Assembly (NCBI GenBank): GCA_963705555.1
Contig: CAVPJZ010000004.1
Span: 213,788-277,787 of the forward strand
Length of the DNA stretch: 64,000 nucleotides
Reading direction: 5' to 3'
Source of the DNA: an uncultured delta proteobacterium
GTDB taxonomy: Bacteria > Desulfobacterota > Syntrophia > Syntrophales > Smithellaceae
In this document: in pieces, positions 10,130 to 19,967 of the stretch
Position numbering within the stretch: the first letter of the stretch is position 1
How the letters are laid out: each line of letters begins with the position of its first letter
The notes under the pieces: generated by a model
Told to the model about the DNA's origin: nothing
The model's database searches: none
What the model saw: only the letters and a program-made list of their open reading frames with translations
Program-made: the position numbers and the translations under genes

Positions 10130-12043
10130 ATGCGTATCGGCAGAATTATACTAATCTTTTTATTGTTATTTGTTTTATCTTGCTCGGCTACCAATTCCAA
10201 TATCAGAAGCATTACTGCCGGTGATGTCAATGCATATTTAAAGCAGGCTCCCCGGCCGGATGAATATCCTAATGCCGGTGCCGATATTTTGTATACCTAT
10301 TCTTATACCGAATTTTTTAATGATGGCACCAGCGTTACCAGAAATATAGAACGCATCAAAATATTCAATGAACGAGGGCGGCATTTCGCCTCCAAAACAA
10401 TTTCCTATCGAGAGCATTATCAGCAAGCCAAAATATTTTTTGCCAATACCATCAAGCCCAATGGACAAGTCATACCTGTTGATCGCAAAGATATTCATGA
10501 TTCTTCCGAATATGCGGGATATGAGTTTTATACAGATATTAAACAAAAGAGCTTTACAATGCCCGCCGTGGAAGATGGCTGCATTATCGAATATGCCTAC
10601 GAAATAAAAAACTTAAAACTTGTTCTCCCCTTCGATTTCTTCGCTACTTTTTACTGCCAAAATTTTTATCCTATGGAAGAAGATATAATGGAAATAGTAT
10701 TACCGCCGGATATCGAGTTAAAGTATAAAAAATTCAACACAAACCTAACGCCGCAAATAATTTCCAAGGAAAATAAAAAAACTTATATTTTTACCAATAG
10801 TAAACAAAAAGAAATAATTCCTGAACCGCGCATGCCCTCTTTAAGAGACAGAAATACTTTTCCCCAACTGACAGTCTGGACACTTAAAAATTGGGAGACT
10901 ATATCTCGCTGGTATATAAATCTTGTTCAGGAACAAATGAAATCCGATAATGAACTTACGAGTTTTACCAGGCAACTCGTAGGCGATAAAAATACTCAGG
11001 AAGAAAAAATCAACGCGATATTTAATTTTGTTTCGCAAAAGATTAGATATGTGGCCGTGCTTCTTGGGCCCTACACTCATAAGCCTCATGCCGCATACGA
11101 AATTTTCCAAAAAAGATACGGCGATTGTAAAGATAAGACGATTCTTTTACTCACTATGCTTAAAATTGCCGGTATTGAAGGCCAGCCTGCTCTTGTTCCG
11201 GCATATAGCGAATACTTTGATGAATCCGTGCCGTCTCTGGAGGCTTTTAACCATATCATTGCCGTAATTCCTTCCGGCGACAAATACTTCTGGTTAGACG
11301 CAACGAATGAGACAGCCGCATACAATTCTGTTCCCTTCTTCCGTCCCGCTAACGTTTTTATTATCAATACCGATGGATCTTATAAATTTATAAAAACACC
11401 GGGTTTAGATAATATAAAAGATTCATCATACACGGAAATTAAATATAAAATTGATAATGAAGGCGACGCTGATCTGAATTGCACCTATACCTATTCGGGA
11501 AAAGCAGCCGAATCGATACGATATCTCTATAAATATTCGCCGCCGGAACAAAGAAAGAAATATTTTGAAGGTAGAGGTATCTCCGTAAAAGAACTACATT
11601 TAAGCAACCTTACCGACACTCAGGAACCCTTTGTAATTAAGTTGAAAGGCTCTATGAAAAATCTGGCGCAAAAACCGGATAAAAATCTGATGGTATTATC
11701 TAACATTATTCAATTAGATTCTTACCGCGATATTACAGCAGCAAATGAACGAAAATATCCAATTGTCGTCAGATCTTCATATCAGTCTAAAGAAAATTAC
11801 AGCTACGTTTTCCCAACCGGCTTTAAGATAAAAAAATTACCTCCGGCTTTTTCCTTGAAAAAGCCATTTATACAAAGAAGCGAAAAATATTCTTTTCAAG
11901 GCACATCGCTAGAAGTAGCTGTAGAAAGAAAATCATTTGATCACACTATTGAATTAACAGATCTTAATGATTTTAAAAATTATGCGCTGGAACTACAAAA
12001 GCATGAATCATTGTTAAAAAACATTATTCTGGAAAAAAAGTGA
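10130..12043 (+). CDS. DUF3857 + transglutaminase-like domain lipoprotein
   Basis: Lipobox-like LSC after a hydrophobic stretch; IRYV, GDCKDK, FNHII and LDAT (Cys-His-Asp triad). Confidence 0.85.
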   Translation: MRIGRIILIFLLLFVLSCSATNSNIRSITAGDVNAYLKQAPRPDEYPNAGADILYTYSYTEFFNDGTSVTRNIERIKIFNERGRHFASKTISYREHYQQAKIFFANTIKPNGQVIPVDRKDIHDSSEYAGYEFYTDIKQKSFTMPAVEDGCIIEYAYEIKNLKLVLPFDFFATFYCQNFYPMEEDIMEIVLPPDIELKYKKFNTNLTPQIISKENKKTYIFTNSKQKEIIPEPRMPSLRDRNTFPQLTVWTLKNWETISRWYINLVQEQMKSDNELTSFTRQLVGDKNTQEEKINAIFNFVSQKIRYVAVLLGPYTHKPHAAYEIFQKRYGDCKDKTILLLTMLKIAGIEGQPALVPAYSEYFDESVPSLEAFNHIIAVIPSGDKYFWLDATNETAAYNSVPFFRPANVFIINTDGSYKFIKTPGLDNIKDSSYTEIKYKIDNEGDADLNCTYTYSGKAAESIRYLYKYSPPEQRKKYFEGRGISVKELHLSNLTDTQEPFVIKLKGSMKNLAQKPDKNLMVLSNIIQLDSYRDITAANERKYPIVVRSSYQSKENYSYVFPTGFKIKKLPPAFSLKKPFIQRSEKYSFQGTSLEVAVERKSFDHTIELTDLNDFKNYALELQKHESLLKNIILEKK

Positions 12044-12050
12044 TGCCAGC

Positions 12051-12078
12051 TTGACATTAAACCTTGCATTGATATGAT
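12051..12078 (+). promoter_or_regulatory. putative sigma70 promoter of recJ
   Basis: TTGACA-16 bp-TATGAT. Confidence 0.45.
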
Positions 12079-12112
12079 AAATGGAAAAGAAACCTAAGAT
12101 GAAGACAAAACA

Positions 12113-13852
12113 ATGACGATATCCAAACAACTGCCGACAACTCAATGGAAATTGAAAGAATCCGTCAACAAAGATATAGAACATTCTTTGAGTAAAGAAT
12201 TCGGCATTTATCCGATTATATCCCAAATTCTTGCCAACAGGGAAATTCTGGATATGGAAGGAGCCCGCCGCTATCTTTACCCTTCCCTTAATGATCTGCA
12301 TAGCCCCCTTTTAATGAAAGATATGAAAAAGGGTGTTTCGCGTCTGTTGAAAGCGATTCACGACCACGAAAAAATAGTTATTTATGGCGATTATGACGCC
12401 GACGGGATAACTTCCGTTGTAATACTTTTCAAGTTTATTCGGCAAATAACGCCTGATGTATCTTATTATATTCCGGACCGAGTACAAGAAGGTTACGGTT
12501 TAAAAACACCGGCAATAGACAAGTTTAAAAGCAATAATGTCAATCTGATCATTACTGTTGATTGCGGTATTTCCGATGCGGAACAAATTGCCTATGCTCA
12601 ATCAATCGGCATTGATACGATTGTTCTGGATCACCATGAAATATCAGGAGCACTTCCTCCCGCTGTCGCCTCCATAAATCCAAATCGCGAAGACTGTATT
12701 TTCCCTTTCAAAGATCTGGCCGGCGTGGGCATTGCCTATAACTTTCTCATCGCTTTGCGCGGCAGTTTGCGTAAGGAAGGATTCTGGAAAAACGAAGATT
12801 ATCCCAATTTAAAAGATTATCTCGATATTGTCGCTTTGGGAACTATTGGCGACATTGCGCCTCTTGTTGATGAAAACAGAATTTTTGCCAAAATCGGTTT
12901 GGAACTGATTACCGAAGGCAAACGGCCGGGAATTAAAGCCCTCAAAGAAGTTAGCGGCGTTGACGGCCAAACGATCGATTCTTTTAAAGCTTCTTTTTGT
13001 CTCATTCCCCGAATTAATGCCGCCGGACGCATCGCCTCTCCTCTGGATGCCGTGGAATTGCTTTTGACTGAAAATATTGACGAAGCTCGCATATTGGCCG
13101 AAAAGCTTGATTCCTATAACCGCCGCCGGCAATCAATGGAAAAAAATATTTTACACGAAATTCTCGAAAAAATCGGCAATATACCCGATATGGAAAAAAT
13201 GAACTCGCTGGTTTTTGCCTCTGATAAATGGCATCCGGGAGTTGTCGGCATTGTCGCCTCTCGTCTTGTCGACCTTTTCAGCCGTCCGACATTTGTCATT
13301 AGTTTGAATAAAGGTGTGGGCAAAGGCTCCGGCAGAAGCATTTCTGATTTTAATATTTACAAGGGAATTCAGCAATGCGCTTCTCTTTTGCTTTCTTATG
13401 GCGGTCATAGCCATGCGGCAGGAATTTCCATCAAGGAAGATGATATTGATGAATTTGCCAGTCTTTTGGATGAAATAATTCACGATAGCGTTCAATCTCC
13501 GGAACTTATTTCCCAAACCTTTATTGATTCGGAATGCCAACTTTCTGATATCAATCTGAATTTAATCGGTCAGATGGATATGCTCGCGCCCTTCGGCAGC
13601 AAAAATCCGGAACCGGTCCTTTGTGCCCGTAATATTAAAGTTTCGTCACCGTCAATAGTCGGCAATAATCATTTAAAAATGAGGCTCACGAGCAAAGGAA
13701 TGTCTTGTGATTCTATTTGGTTTAGTATGGGTAAATATCTGAATGCTCTTACGGGAGCCAATCTTGATGTTGCTTTCACGCCGCAAATTAACCATTGGAA
13801 TGGAGCTTCCGATATTCAGCTGAAGATGAAAGACGTTACTATTCTTTCTTAA
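12113..13852 (+). CDS. recJ: ssDNA-specific exonuclease RecJ
   Basis: YGDYDADG, ITVDCG, DHH, PRINAAGR, GSGRS, GGHSHAAG. Confidence 0.96.
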   Translation: MTISKQLPTTQWKLKESVNKDIEHSLSKEFGIYPIISQILANREILDMEGARRYLYPSLNDLHSPLLMKDMKKGVSRLLKAIHDHEKIVIYGDYDADGITSVVILFKFIRQITPDVSYYIPDRVQEGYGLKTPAIDKFKSNNVNLIITVDCGISDAEQIAYAQSIGIDTIVLDHHEISGALPPAVASINPNREDCIFPFKDLAGVGIAYNFLIALRGSLRKEGFWKNEDYPNLKDYLDIVALGTIGDIAPLVDENRIFAKIGLELITEGKRPGIKALKEVSGVDGQTIDSFKASFCLIPRINAAGRIASPLDAVELLLTENIDEARILAEKLDSYNRRRQSMEKNILHEILEKIGNIPDMEKMNSLVFASDKWHPGVVGIVASRLVDLFSRPTFVISLNKGVGKGSGRSISDFNIYKGIQQCASLLLSYGGHSHAAGISIKEDDIDEFASLLDEIIHDSVQSPELISQTFIDSECQLSDINLNLIGQMDMLAPFGSKNPEPVLCARNIKVSSPSIVGNNHLKMRLTSKGMSCDSIWFSMGKYLNALTGANLDVAFTPQINHWNGASDIQLKMKDVTILS

Positions 13853-13885
13853 TAACCAAACTTATTTTTTTGAGGAGGATAATTT

Positions 13886-14233
13886 ATTAACATAGCCACT
13901 AAAGCAGCATTATTAAGCGCATTGTTATTCCCCGGCTGGGGACAGTTGTATTTAAAAAAATATAAAAGAGGATTAGCGATTATGTTGCCTGTTGCGGCCG
14001 GAATTATCTATATTTGCTGGTCGTTAATGCAAGTAGCTATTAGTACTATAAAGGCGGCACCTCCAAAAAAAGGTTCAGTCGATTTAAACACTGTACTCAA
14101 ATTGACAGATGATTCGTTAAAAACTCTGGATTCAACAACTCTTTCCTTGATTATGCTTATTATTATCGGCCTGTGGATATATTCAATATTCGACGCCTAT
14201 TTGTTAGGAAAAAAGGCTAGTATAAAAAGCTGA
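13886..14233 (+). CDS. small membrane protein (PGWGQ motif; TM2/DUF6677-like); probable start is ATT at 13886
   Basis: KAALLSALLFPGWGQLY..RG and WIYSIFDAY motifs; SD GAGGAGG lies 7 nt before the in-frame ATT. Confidence 0.7.
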   Translation: MNIATKAALLSALLFPGWGQLYLKKYKRGLAIMLPVAAGIIYICWSLMQVAISTIKAAPPKKGSVDLNTVLKLTDDSLKTLDSTTLSLIMLIIIGLWIYSIFDAYLLGKKASIKS

Positions 14234-14340
14234 TGAACCCGTAAAAAGTCGAAAGTGTCCTTGATGTGTCATTCCGGCGAAAGCCGGAATCCAGTAATTA
14301 TAAATAGTTGTGAAAATCCTAGACCTCGGCCTTCTCCGGG
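14231..14340. repeat. REP-like palindrome pair (GTCATTCCGGCGAAAGCCGGAATCCAG plus a degenerate partner) preceded by TGATGAACCCGTAAAAAGTC
   Basis: Perfect attccggc-gaaa-gccggaat hairpin at 14271-14290; degenerate inverse copy at 14319-14340. Confidence 0.7.
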
Positions 14341-14366
14341 ATAATTCCCAATAGCCTTTGGCTATT

Positions 14367-14423
14367 GGATAATTCGGTTTATAAATTTCAATACGCTTTG
14401 CTTTTGAAATTTGAACCTCATTA
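14367..14423. repeat. ~56-bp bulged-hairpin element (copy C)
   Basis: ggtt-ta-taaatttcaa-[12]-ttgaaatttg-aacc. Confidence 0.7.
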
Positions 14424-14469
14424 CGATTAGCAAATCTAACTTCGCTACGCTTGTTTTCACTGTGTGTCA

Positions 14470-14549
14470 AATCCCGCGTCGCTCCGCTCCTGGGATAGTT
14501 CGACTTACAAATATTACCGCACTACGTTTGTTATATTTGAGTCTCACTA
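14470..14549. repeat. AATCCCG..GGGATA hairpin plus bulged-hairpin element (copy B), ending on the paaK stop
   Basis: gact-ta-caaatattac-[12]-gttatatttg-agtc. Confidence 0.7.
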
Positions 14550-15800
14550 CCACTGACGTTGATCGACAATCAACTTCTCGTCCGGTTTGATTTTACCTTT
14601 ATCCACATACTCCACTTGATCTACTTTCACGGTACAAATTTCTTTGAATATATTTTTAAAACTTTGCTCCCACTGAGCGCTGCCAATTTCCGACACGACC
14701 TTTTCGATAACAATTTTCAGTATGTCTTCATGGCCTTTACGATTCACAACCGCCTGCAATGGAATATTGTTGAATTTTGACTGAATCATTTTTAGCTGGC
14801 TTGGCGCTATAAACAGCCCTCGAATTTTCACCGCCTCCCCTATCCTTCCAGAGATTCCGGCAATCCGATACGATGTTCTTCCACACTTACATTTATCGGT
14901 AATTATTCGCGATAAATCTCCTGTCCCGAAACGCAACAGAAAAAATATTTCATTGAGTCTGGTAACTACAATTTCACCTAATTGTCCAGGAGCAACATTT
15001 TTCCCCGTTGCCGGATCGACAATTTCGACTATAGTTTCTTCGCAAATGTGCCAGCCATTCTTTTGCGAGCATTCATAAGCCACATCACCAACTTCAGTAG
15101 CTCCATACATCTGGTAAGTATCAATGCCATAATCATTTTCAAAAGAACGGCGCATGTCCGGAAACAAAGGTTCGGCCGCGAAGCAAGCCTTTTTCAGGCG
15201 GAAATCCTTCTTGAAATCAAAGCCCATCTCTTTTGCCTTAATAATTATCGCCATCAAAAAACTGGGCGTACCGACATAAGCGGCTACACGCAAATCTTTT
15301 ATTAATTGCACTTGAATCTGGGAAGAGGAAGTGCCGGAAGGAACAACAGTAGCGCCAACCCTGCGCAGTCCATTATGAAAAGTGAGCCCTGCCGCTACCA
15401 GATGATAAGAAAAGGCGTTAAGAGCAATATCGGCAGGACCAATACCTGCGGCGAAAAATGCACGTGCCCACAAATAATCATTTTCCGAAAGATGCGGTTC
15501 ATAAACAGGCCCAGGCGATGTGAAAATTCGATCAATTGGTATCGCGGCATTTTCCAATCCGGCATAAGGAGGATCATGCATTTCCATTTCCACCAGTTTT
15601 TCGCGCGATGTAACCGGGAGTTTTTCCAAATCCTCTCTAGTCTTGATGTTTTTTGGATTGATCATGTTTTGATCCAATATTGCTTTCAAGCGTTTTGATT
15701 TTTTATAGCCCAACTTCACCATACTGGCGAGACTCCCGTCCTGCCGCACTTTTCTCTCTTTATTACTACACGATTCTTTTCTATCAAATGTGCGATTCAT
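14547..15800 (-). CDS. phenylacetate--CoA ligase family protein
   Basis: DLEKLPVT, IFTSPGP, YVGTPS, YGATEVG, GEIVVT, RFGTGDLS, KCKCGR. Confidence 0.85.
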   Translation of the reverse strand: MNRTFDRKESCSNKERKVRQDGSLASMVKLGYKKSKRLKAILDQNMINPKNIKTREDLEKLPVTSREKLVEMEMHDPPYAGLENAAIPIDRIFTSPGPVYEPHLSENDYLWARAFFAAGIGPADIALNAFSYHLVAAGLTFHNGLRRVGATVVPSGTSSSQIQVQLIKDLRVAAYVGTPSFLMAIIIKAKEMGFDFKKDFRLKKACFAAEPLFPDMRRSFENDYGIDTYQMYGATEVGDVAYECSQKNGWHICEETIVEIVDPATGKNVAPGQLGEIVVTRLNEIFFLLRFGTGDLSRIITDKCKCGRTSYRIAGISGRIGEAVKIRGLFIAPSQLKMIQSKFNNIPLQAVVNRKGHEDILKIVIEKVVSEIGSAQWEQSFKNIFKEICTVKVDQVEYVDKGKIKPDEKLIVDQRQW

Positions 15801-15848
15801 ATATTTCCTTTTCGTTATAATAAATAATTTTATGCCTCGAGAATATCA

Positions 15849-15906
15849 TCTTAATGTTTGAGTTCAGCGGCTGCCACAGACAGTCCAGTGTAACGATGCG
15901 TTAGGC
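15849..15906 (-). mobile_element. integron attC-like site closing cassette 1 (R' degenerate)
   Basis: Minus strand GCCTAAC-gcatc-GTTACACT...GCTGAAC-tcaaac-ATTAAGA begins immediately after the ORF stop. Confidence 0.7.
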
Positions 15907-16686
15907 TTACCCTTCTTCGCTACAGTTGCCACAGCCTAGGCTCTCGAATCGCGGATATTGTTCAACTGCTAATCGTGTTCCTGTAGTAAGATCATATCCG
16001 TAGATAATAACCGGTTCGCAGATAACGCCATTATAAAGGCAGGTAGAATCACTCGCTTTGGCCACTAATGCCAAGCCACTCTCAGTTACATATGGAAAAC
16101 CAGGTAGTAATAATCCAGGATCGCAATATGGAGTGAATTCATATCGGTGGACTTGCCCGCTGTCGGTATTGAAGAACAAGAAAGTATCAAGACATCCTGG
16201 GCTTCCACCTACTTGGATGTAACCATATTTGCCGTTTTTTGTTAGGTAATAAAAAAAGTTGCTTGATGGACGATCAGGCGCTTTATCTCTTGATTTTTCA
16301 AACTCGTCTGCATTCGGTTGTTTAACAGACCAATAGTAAATAAATGAGAATGGCATCCTTTTAATAAGTTGTTTTCCACTTTCGTCAATAACCTCAAACC
16401 ATCCTCCTGAAGACCCTAAACCATGACCATAATCCTGCCCCTGTGTTGGGTTAAAGTAAATTGACAAATAACGGTGCGAGTCTAAGGACCTCGCTGCTAT
16501 CAAACCTCTTAACTCATCCTCACCTTTTGCCGTCACCCCTTGGTCTTGCTCTTCTCTGCATTGTTCCCCTTTCTGGGGCCAATGAAAATAAGAGCCTAAA
16601 AATAACCTACCCCCAACCAAAGCTATGGCAGCTGTGCAGAAAATTAATATCAGAATTCTAATGTGGCGATTCACGTTCCACCTCAA
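15907..16686 (-). CDS. hypothetical exported/membrane-anchored Cys-rich protein; integron gene cassette ORF (likely GTG start at 16674)
   Basis: N-terminal hydrophobic segment; GTTAGAC core at 16688-16694 upstream and attC downstream. Confidence 0.7.
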   Translation of the reverse strand: MRWNVNRHIRILILIFCTAAIALVGGRLFLGSYFHWPQKGEQCREEQDQGVTAKGEDELRGLIAARSLDSHRYLSIYFNPTQGQDYGHGLGSSGGWFEVIDESGKQLIKRMPFSFIYYWSVKQPNADEFEKSRDKAPDRPSSNFFYYLTKNGKYGYIQVGGSPGCLDTFLFFNTDSGQVHRYEFTPYCDPGLLLPGFPYVTESGLALVAKASDSTCLYNGVICEPVIIYGYDLTTGTRLAVEQYPRFESLGCGNCSEEG

Positions 16687-16982
16687 GGTCTAACAATGTT
16701 TATATGCATCATTGCGAATATTACAAACACCGCAATGCTGCCAGCATAACACCCTGCAGGAACAACTGCAATTTTAGGTCTAATAACTTAATATTAAACA
16801 ATGATCAATCTATTTCCTATTTTCTCAGTTAGGATATTATATGGATCAGTATAACATCCCAATTGATCTATTAAAGATTGTCCGTGATACTACTTGCCGT
16901 TAATTACGAGCGAAATGATATTTATCCCGACACGCTGCGCTATAGAGATACCACGGATATCTGTGTATCCTCTGCCTGCGGC

Positions 16983-17092
16983 GAGATAATTCAACAAGCA
17001 AATATTACTGCATTGAATTTGTAAAATTTGAGTTTTATTAATTCAACCTGCAAGCTTCAGCGCATTTTGTTTCTGGAGATCGGGTCTCATTA
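16983..17092. repeat. two tandem bulged-hairpin elements (copies D and E), ending on the ABC ATPase stop
   Basis: taattcaac..caaatattac-[12]-gtaaaatttg-agtt and taattcaacc-tg-caagcttcag-[12]-ctggagatcg-ggtctcatta. Confidence 0.7.
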
Positions 17093-17892
17093 TAACCAGC
17101 GTTTGCGGCGTCTATACGATTTGACATCTTTATAGGATTTGGCAATGCCGGAAGCGGCCATGCCCAGATAAAATTCTTTAACATCCGGATTTTTAGCTAG
17201 ATCATTAGCGATGCCTTCCATCACGATTTTGCCGTTTTCCATAACGTATCCGTAATGAGCGACTTGCAGAGCCATATTGGCGTTTTGTTCCACCAGGACT
17301 ATAGTTGTTCCATGCTCTTCGTTGATCTTTTTTATTATGCGAAATATTTCCTGAACAACCAGCGGTGCAAGCCCCAATGAAGGTTCATCTAGCATCAGCA
17401 AGTTGCGGATGAGCCATTAAAGCCCGGCCGATAACCAGCATCTGCAATTCGCCACCGCTGCAATATCCGGCCAGAGATTTTCTTCTCGGTATTAGTGCGG
17501 GAAAATATTTATAGACAAGTTCCAAATCCTGTTTATAGGGCTGGCCTGAATCGTGTAGCAGTACCTACACGCAGATTCTCTTCGATCGTGAGATATTTAA
17601 AAGGCTGACGTCCTTCCAGAACTTGAATTATACCCTGACGCGTAATGTATTCCGGCGCCTGATTTTGGATATTTTTACCGTTATAGATAATCGACCCATC
17701 CGTAACCTCGCCGTTTTCGGGCTTAAGCAGACCGGATATCGCTTTAAGCGTAGTTGTTTTTCCCGCACCGTTACTGCCTAATAATGAGACGATATGTCCC
17801 TTTTCCACAGATAAAGAAACACCTTTCAATACCTGAATAACATCTGAATATACAACGGAAATATTATTTAACTGTAAAAGCATCTCGCCCAT
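17090..17892 (-). CDS. branched-chain amino acid-type ABC transporter ATPase (LivF-like), frameshifted
   Basis: GSNGAGKTT, SGGELQML, LDEPSLGLAP, LVEQNA. Confidence 0.88.
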
Positions 17893-17901
17893 TTTTTATC
17901 C

Positions 17902-18004
17902 TAATCCCGATAAACGGGATAAGTGCTAACTTACTAATCCCGCTATGCGGGATAAGAAAATTTACGTATTTGCTTTTTATAAAAATGCAAATACTAATTT
18001 TCTA
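17902..18004. repeat. two TAATCCCG-n5-CGGGATAA hairpins plus a diverged bulged hairpin (copy H)
   Basis: taatcccgataaacgggataa, taatcccgctatgcgggataa, agaaaatt..gtatttgc..gcaaatac..aattttct. Confidence 0.65.
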
Positions 18005-19075
18005 ATATGAAAAAGGCCAGAGCCGGAAGCTGGAACGTGCAATTCGCCATAGTTCGGCCAAGCCTCGCGGTTCAAACAATATAAATAAAACAATAGCCAG
18101 CCCAAAAGACAAATTCCCGAAGCGGCGCCATATTCAAACCCAGGTTCGTGACAAAGCCGATATTCATGAGCAGGCCGGTAAAAAATCTCAAAAATTCATT
18201 TAATAAAGTAATAAAAGTGGCTCCGAAAATAGCTCCGGGAATGTTTCCCATTCCGCCGATTATGACCATCGCGATAAATTCTACGGAAAGCCCCAAATTA
18301 AATGGTTCCGTAGTTATGCTTACCATATAATAAGCCCAGAGTGCTCCGGCAAAACCGGCATAAAAAGAGCTGATGCGCAAAAGACAACAATTTGTATTTA
18401 AAAATGGGGATACCCATACCTTCTGCGGCACGGTCATTATCGCGGATGGCAATGAAAGCCCGGCCGTATTTACTGCGCATGATGTTTACCGCAAACCAGG
18501 TCATTAGAACCAGGCTGATAAAAATCAAAAAGAAAAATGCTTTATCTCCGGCAATTTCCCACTGGATAATTTTCGGCGCGGGCAAAGTAATGCCCATCGT
18601 TCCTTTGGTCAGGCTATCCCAATGAATCAAAACATATTCAATGATAAACTGTCCGGCCAGTGTCGCAATGGTCAAATAAAGTCCCTTTAAACGTCCCGAA
18701 GGAATACCGAATATCATTCCGACAAGGGCGGTTATAATACCCGCCGCCGGTATGGCTAAATAAAATCCCAATCCTAATCTGGTGGCCAAAATAGCGGCGG
18801 CATAAGCGCCGACTCCGAAAAAAGCGCCGTGACCCAAAGATATCTGCCCGGTATAACCGATAAGAATATTGAGCCCGATGGCGGCAATAGCCGCAATCCC
18901 GATCATATTCAAAATATACAGCATGTAAGGACTCACAACAAAAGGAGCAACACCAAAAAGCAAAATCAAAAATAATCCGAGGCAAATCCGGCCGAAATCA
19001 TGTTTCAAATATTTTTAATTCCTCAGCATAATCTTCGCGATAATTGCCGCAGGGATGAAATGAAAATTTTTTCAT
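18002..19075 (-). CDS. ABC transporter permease (LivM-like), frameshifted
   Basis: GYTGQISLGHGAFFGVGAY, LYLTIATLA, GRAFIAIRDN, MVIIGGMG, FEPRGL. Confidence 0.88.
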
Positions 19076-19956
19076 TTAAACCCTTTCAATTTCCACCAGG
19101 CCAAACAAGCCGTAAGGTTTGACCAGCAAAATAAAAACAAGCACAATATAAGGCACGACATCACGCAGTGAAGGCGACAAGTAGCCGCCGGTAAATGTTT
19201 CCAGAAGACCGATGATAATGCCGCCTACTAATCGCGCCGCCGATGCTGTCCAGCCCGCCTAAAATTACCACGGGAAATACTTTTAAGCCGATCGAACTCA
19301 AATCATGCACATTAACGCCATTGATTATGCCCAGCACGATACCGCTCATACTGGCTACCAGCGCGGCAATGGCCCAGGATAGCGCAAAGACCCGCCGGAC
19401 ATGAACTCCCAGAGAAAGAGCCGCTTTTTGATTATCGGCTACGGAACGCATATAAATTCCCTGAGCTGATTTTTTGAAAAACAGCCCGAATAAAACCAGA
19501 AAAATAATGCTGATGATCAGGGTAGCCGTATAAACAGGAGCAATGTATATGGACCCCAACTGCAGTGCCATTGATTCGCGTTAAAAATTCCGGATAGGTA
19601 TGCAAATTTCCGCCCCAGATCAGCAGAATAAATCCTTTAAACATGGCCGCCAAACCTACCGTCAGCATAATGACAAAAATCAGTTTTTCTCCGATTAACG
19701 GACGCAGAAAAAATTTCTCAATTAGAAATCCCAGAATAAAGCATCCAACCAGTGTCAAAATAAAAGCAATTAAAATCGGCAATTTAGCCCAGGTAATCAA
19801 TGCTAAAAAGAAGAAAGCTCCCAGGGCCAGAAGTTCGCCATGAGCAAAATTCAAAACGCTGGATGATTTAAAAATCATGACAAAGCCCATCGCGGATATG
19901 CCATAGAGAAGTCCGACGCAAACGCCGTTAACCAATAATTGCAGAAAAAAATCCAT
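19076..19956 (-). CDS. ABC transporter permease (LivH-like), frameshifted
   Basis: QLLVNG, LNFAHGE, MRSVADN, VVILGGLDSIGGA, KPYGLFG. Confidence 0.88.
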
Positions 19957-19967
19957 GGATAGATTCC

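Noticed and set aside
10003-10230. 75-aa ORF sharing a C-terminus with the DUF4911-like ORF
   Set aside because: The similarity comes from the DNA repeat, and the ORF overlaps the transglutaminase gene on the opposite strand.
14204-14470. 88-aa ORF containing WIPAFAGMT
   Set aside because: This is the translation of the REP-like palindrome, a common spurious ORF.
16983-17092. Tandem palindromic units as a mini CRISPR array
   Set aside because: The units are adjacent with no spacers, too divergent and too long, and there are no cas genes in the window.
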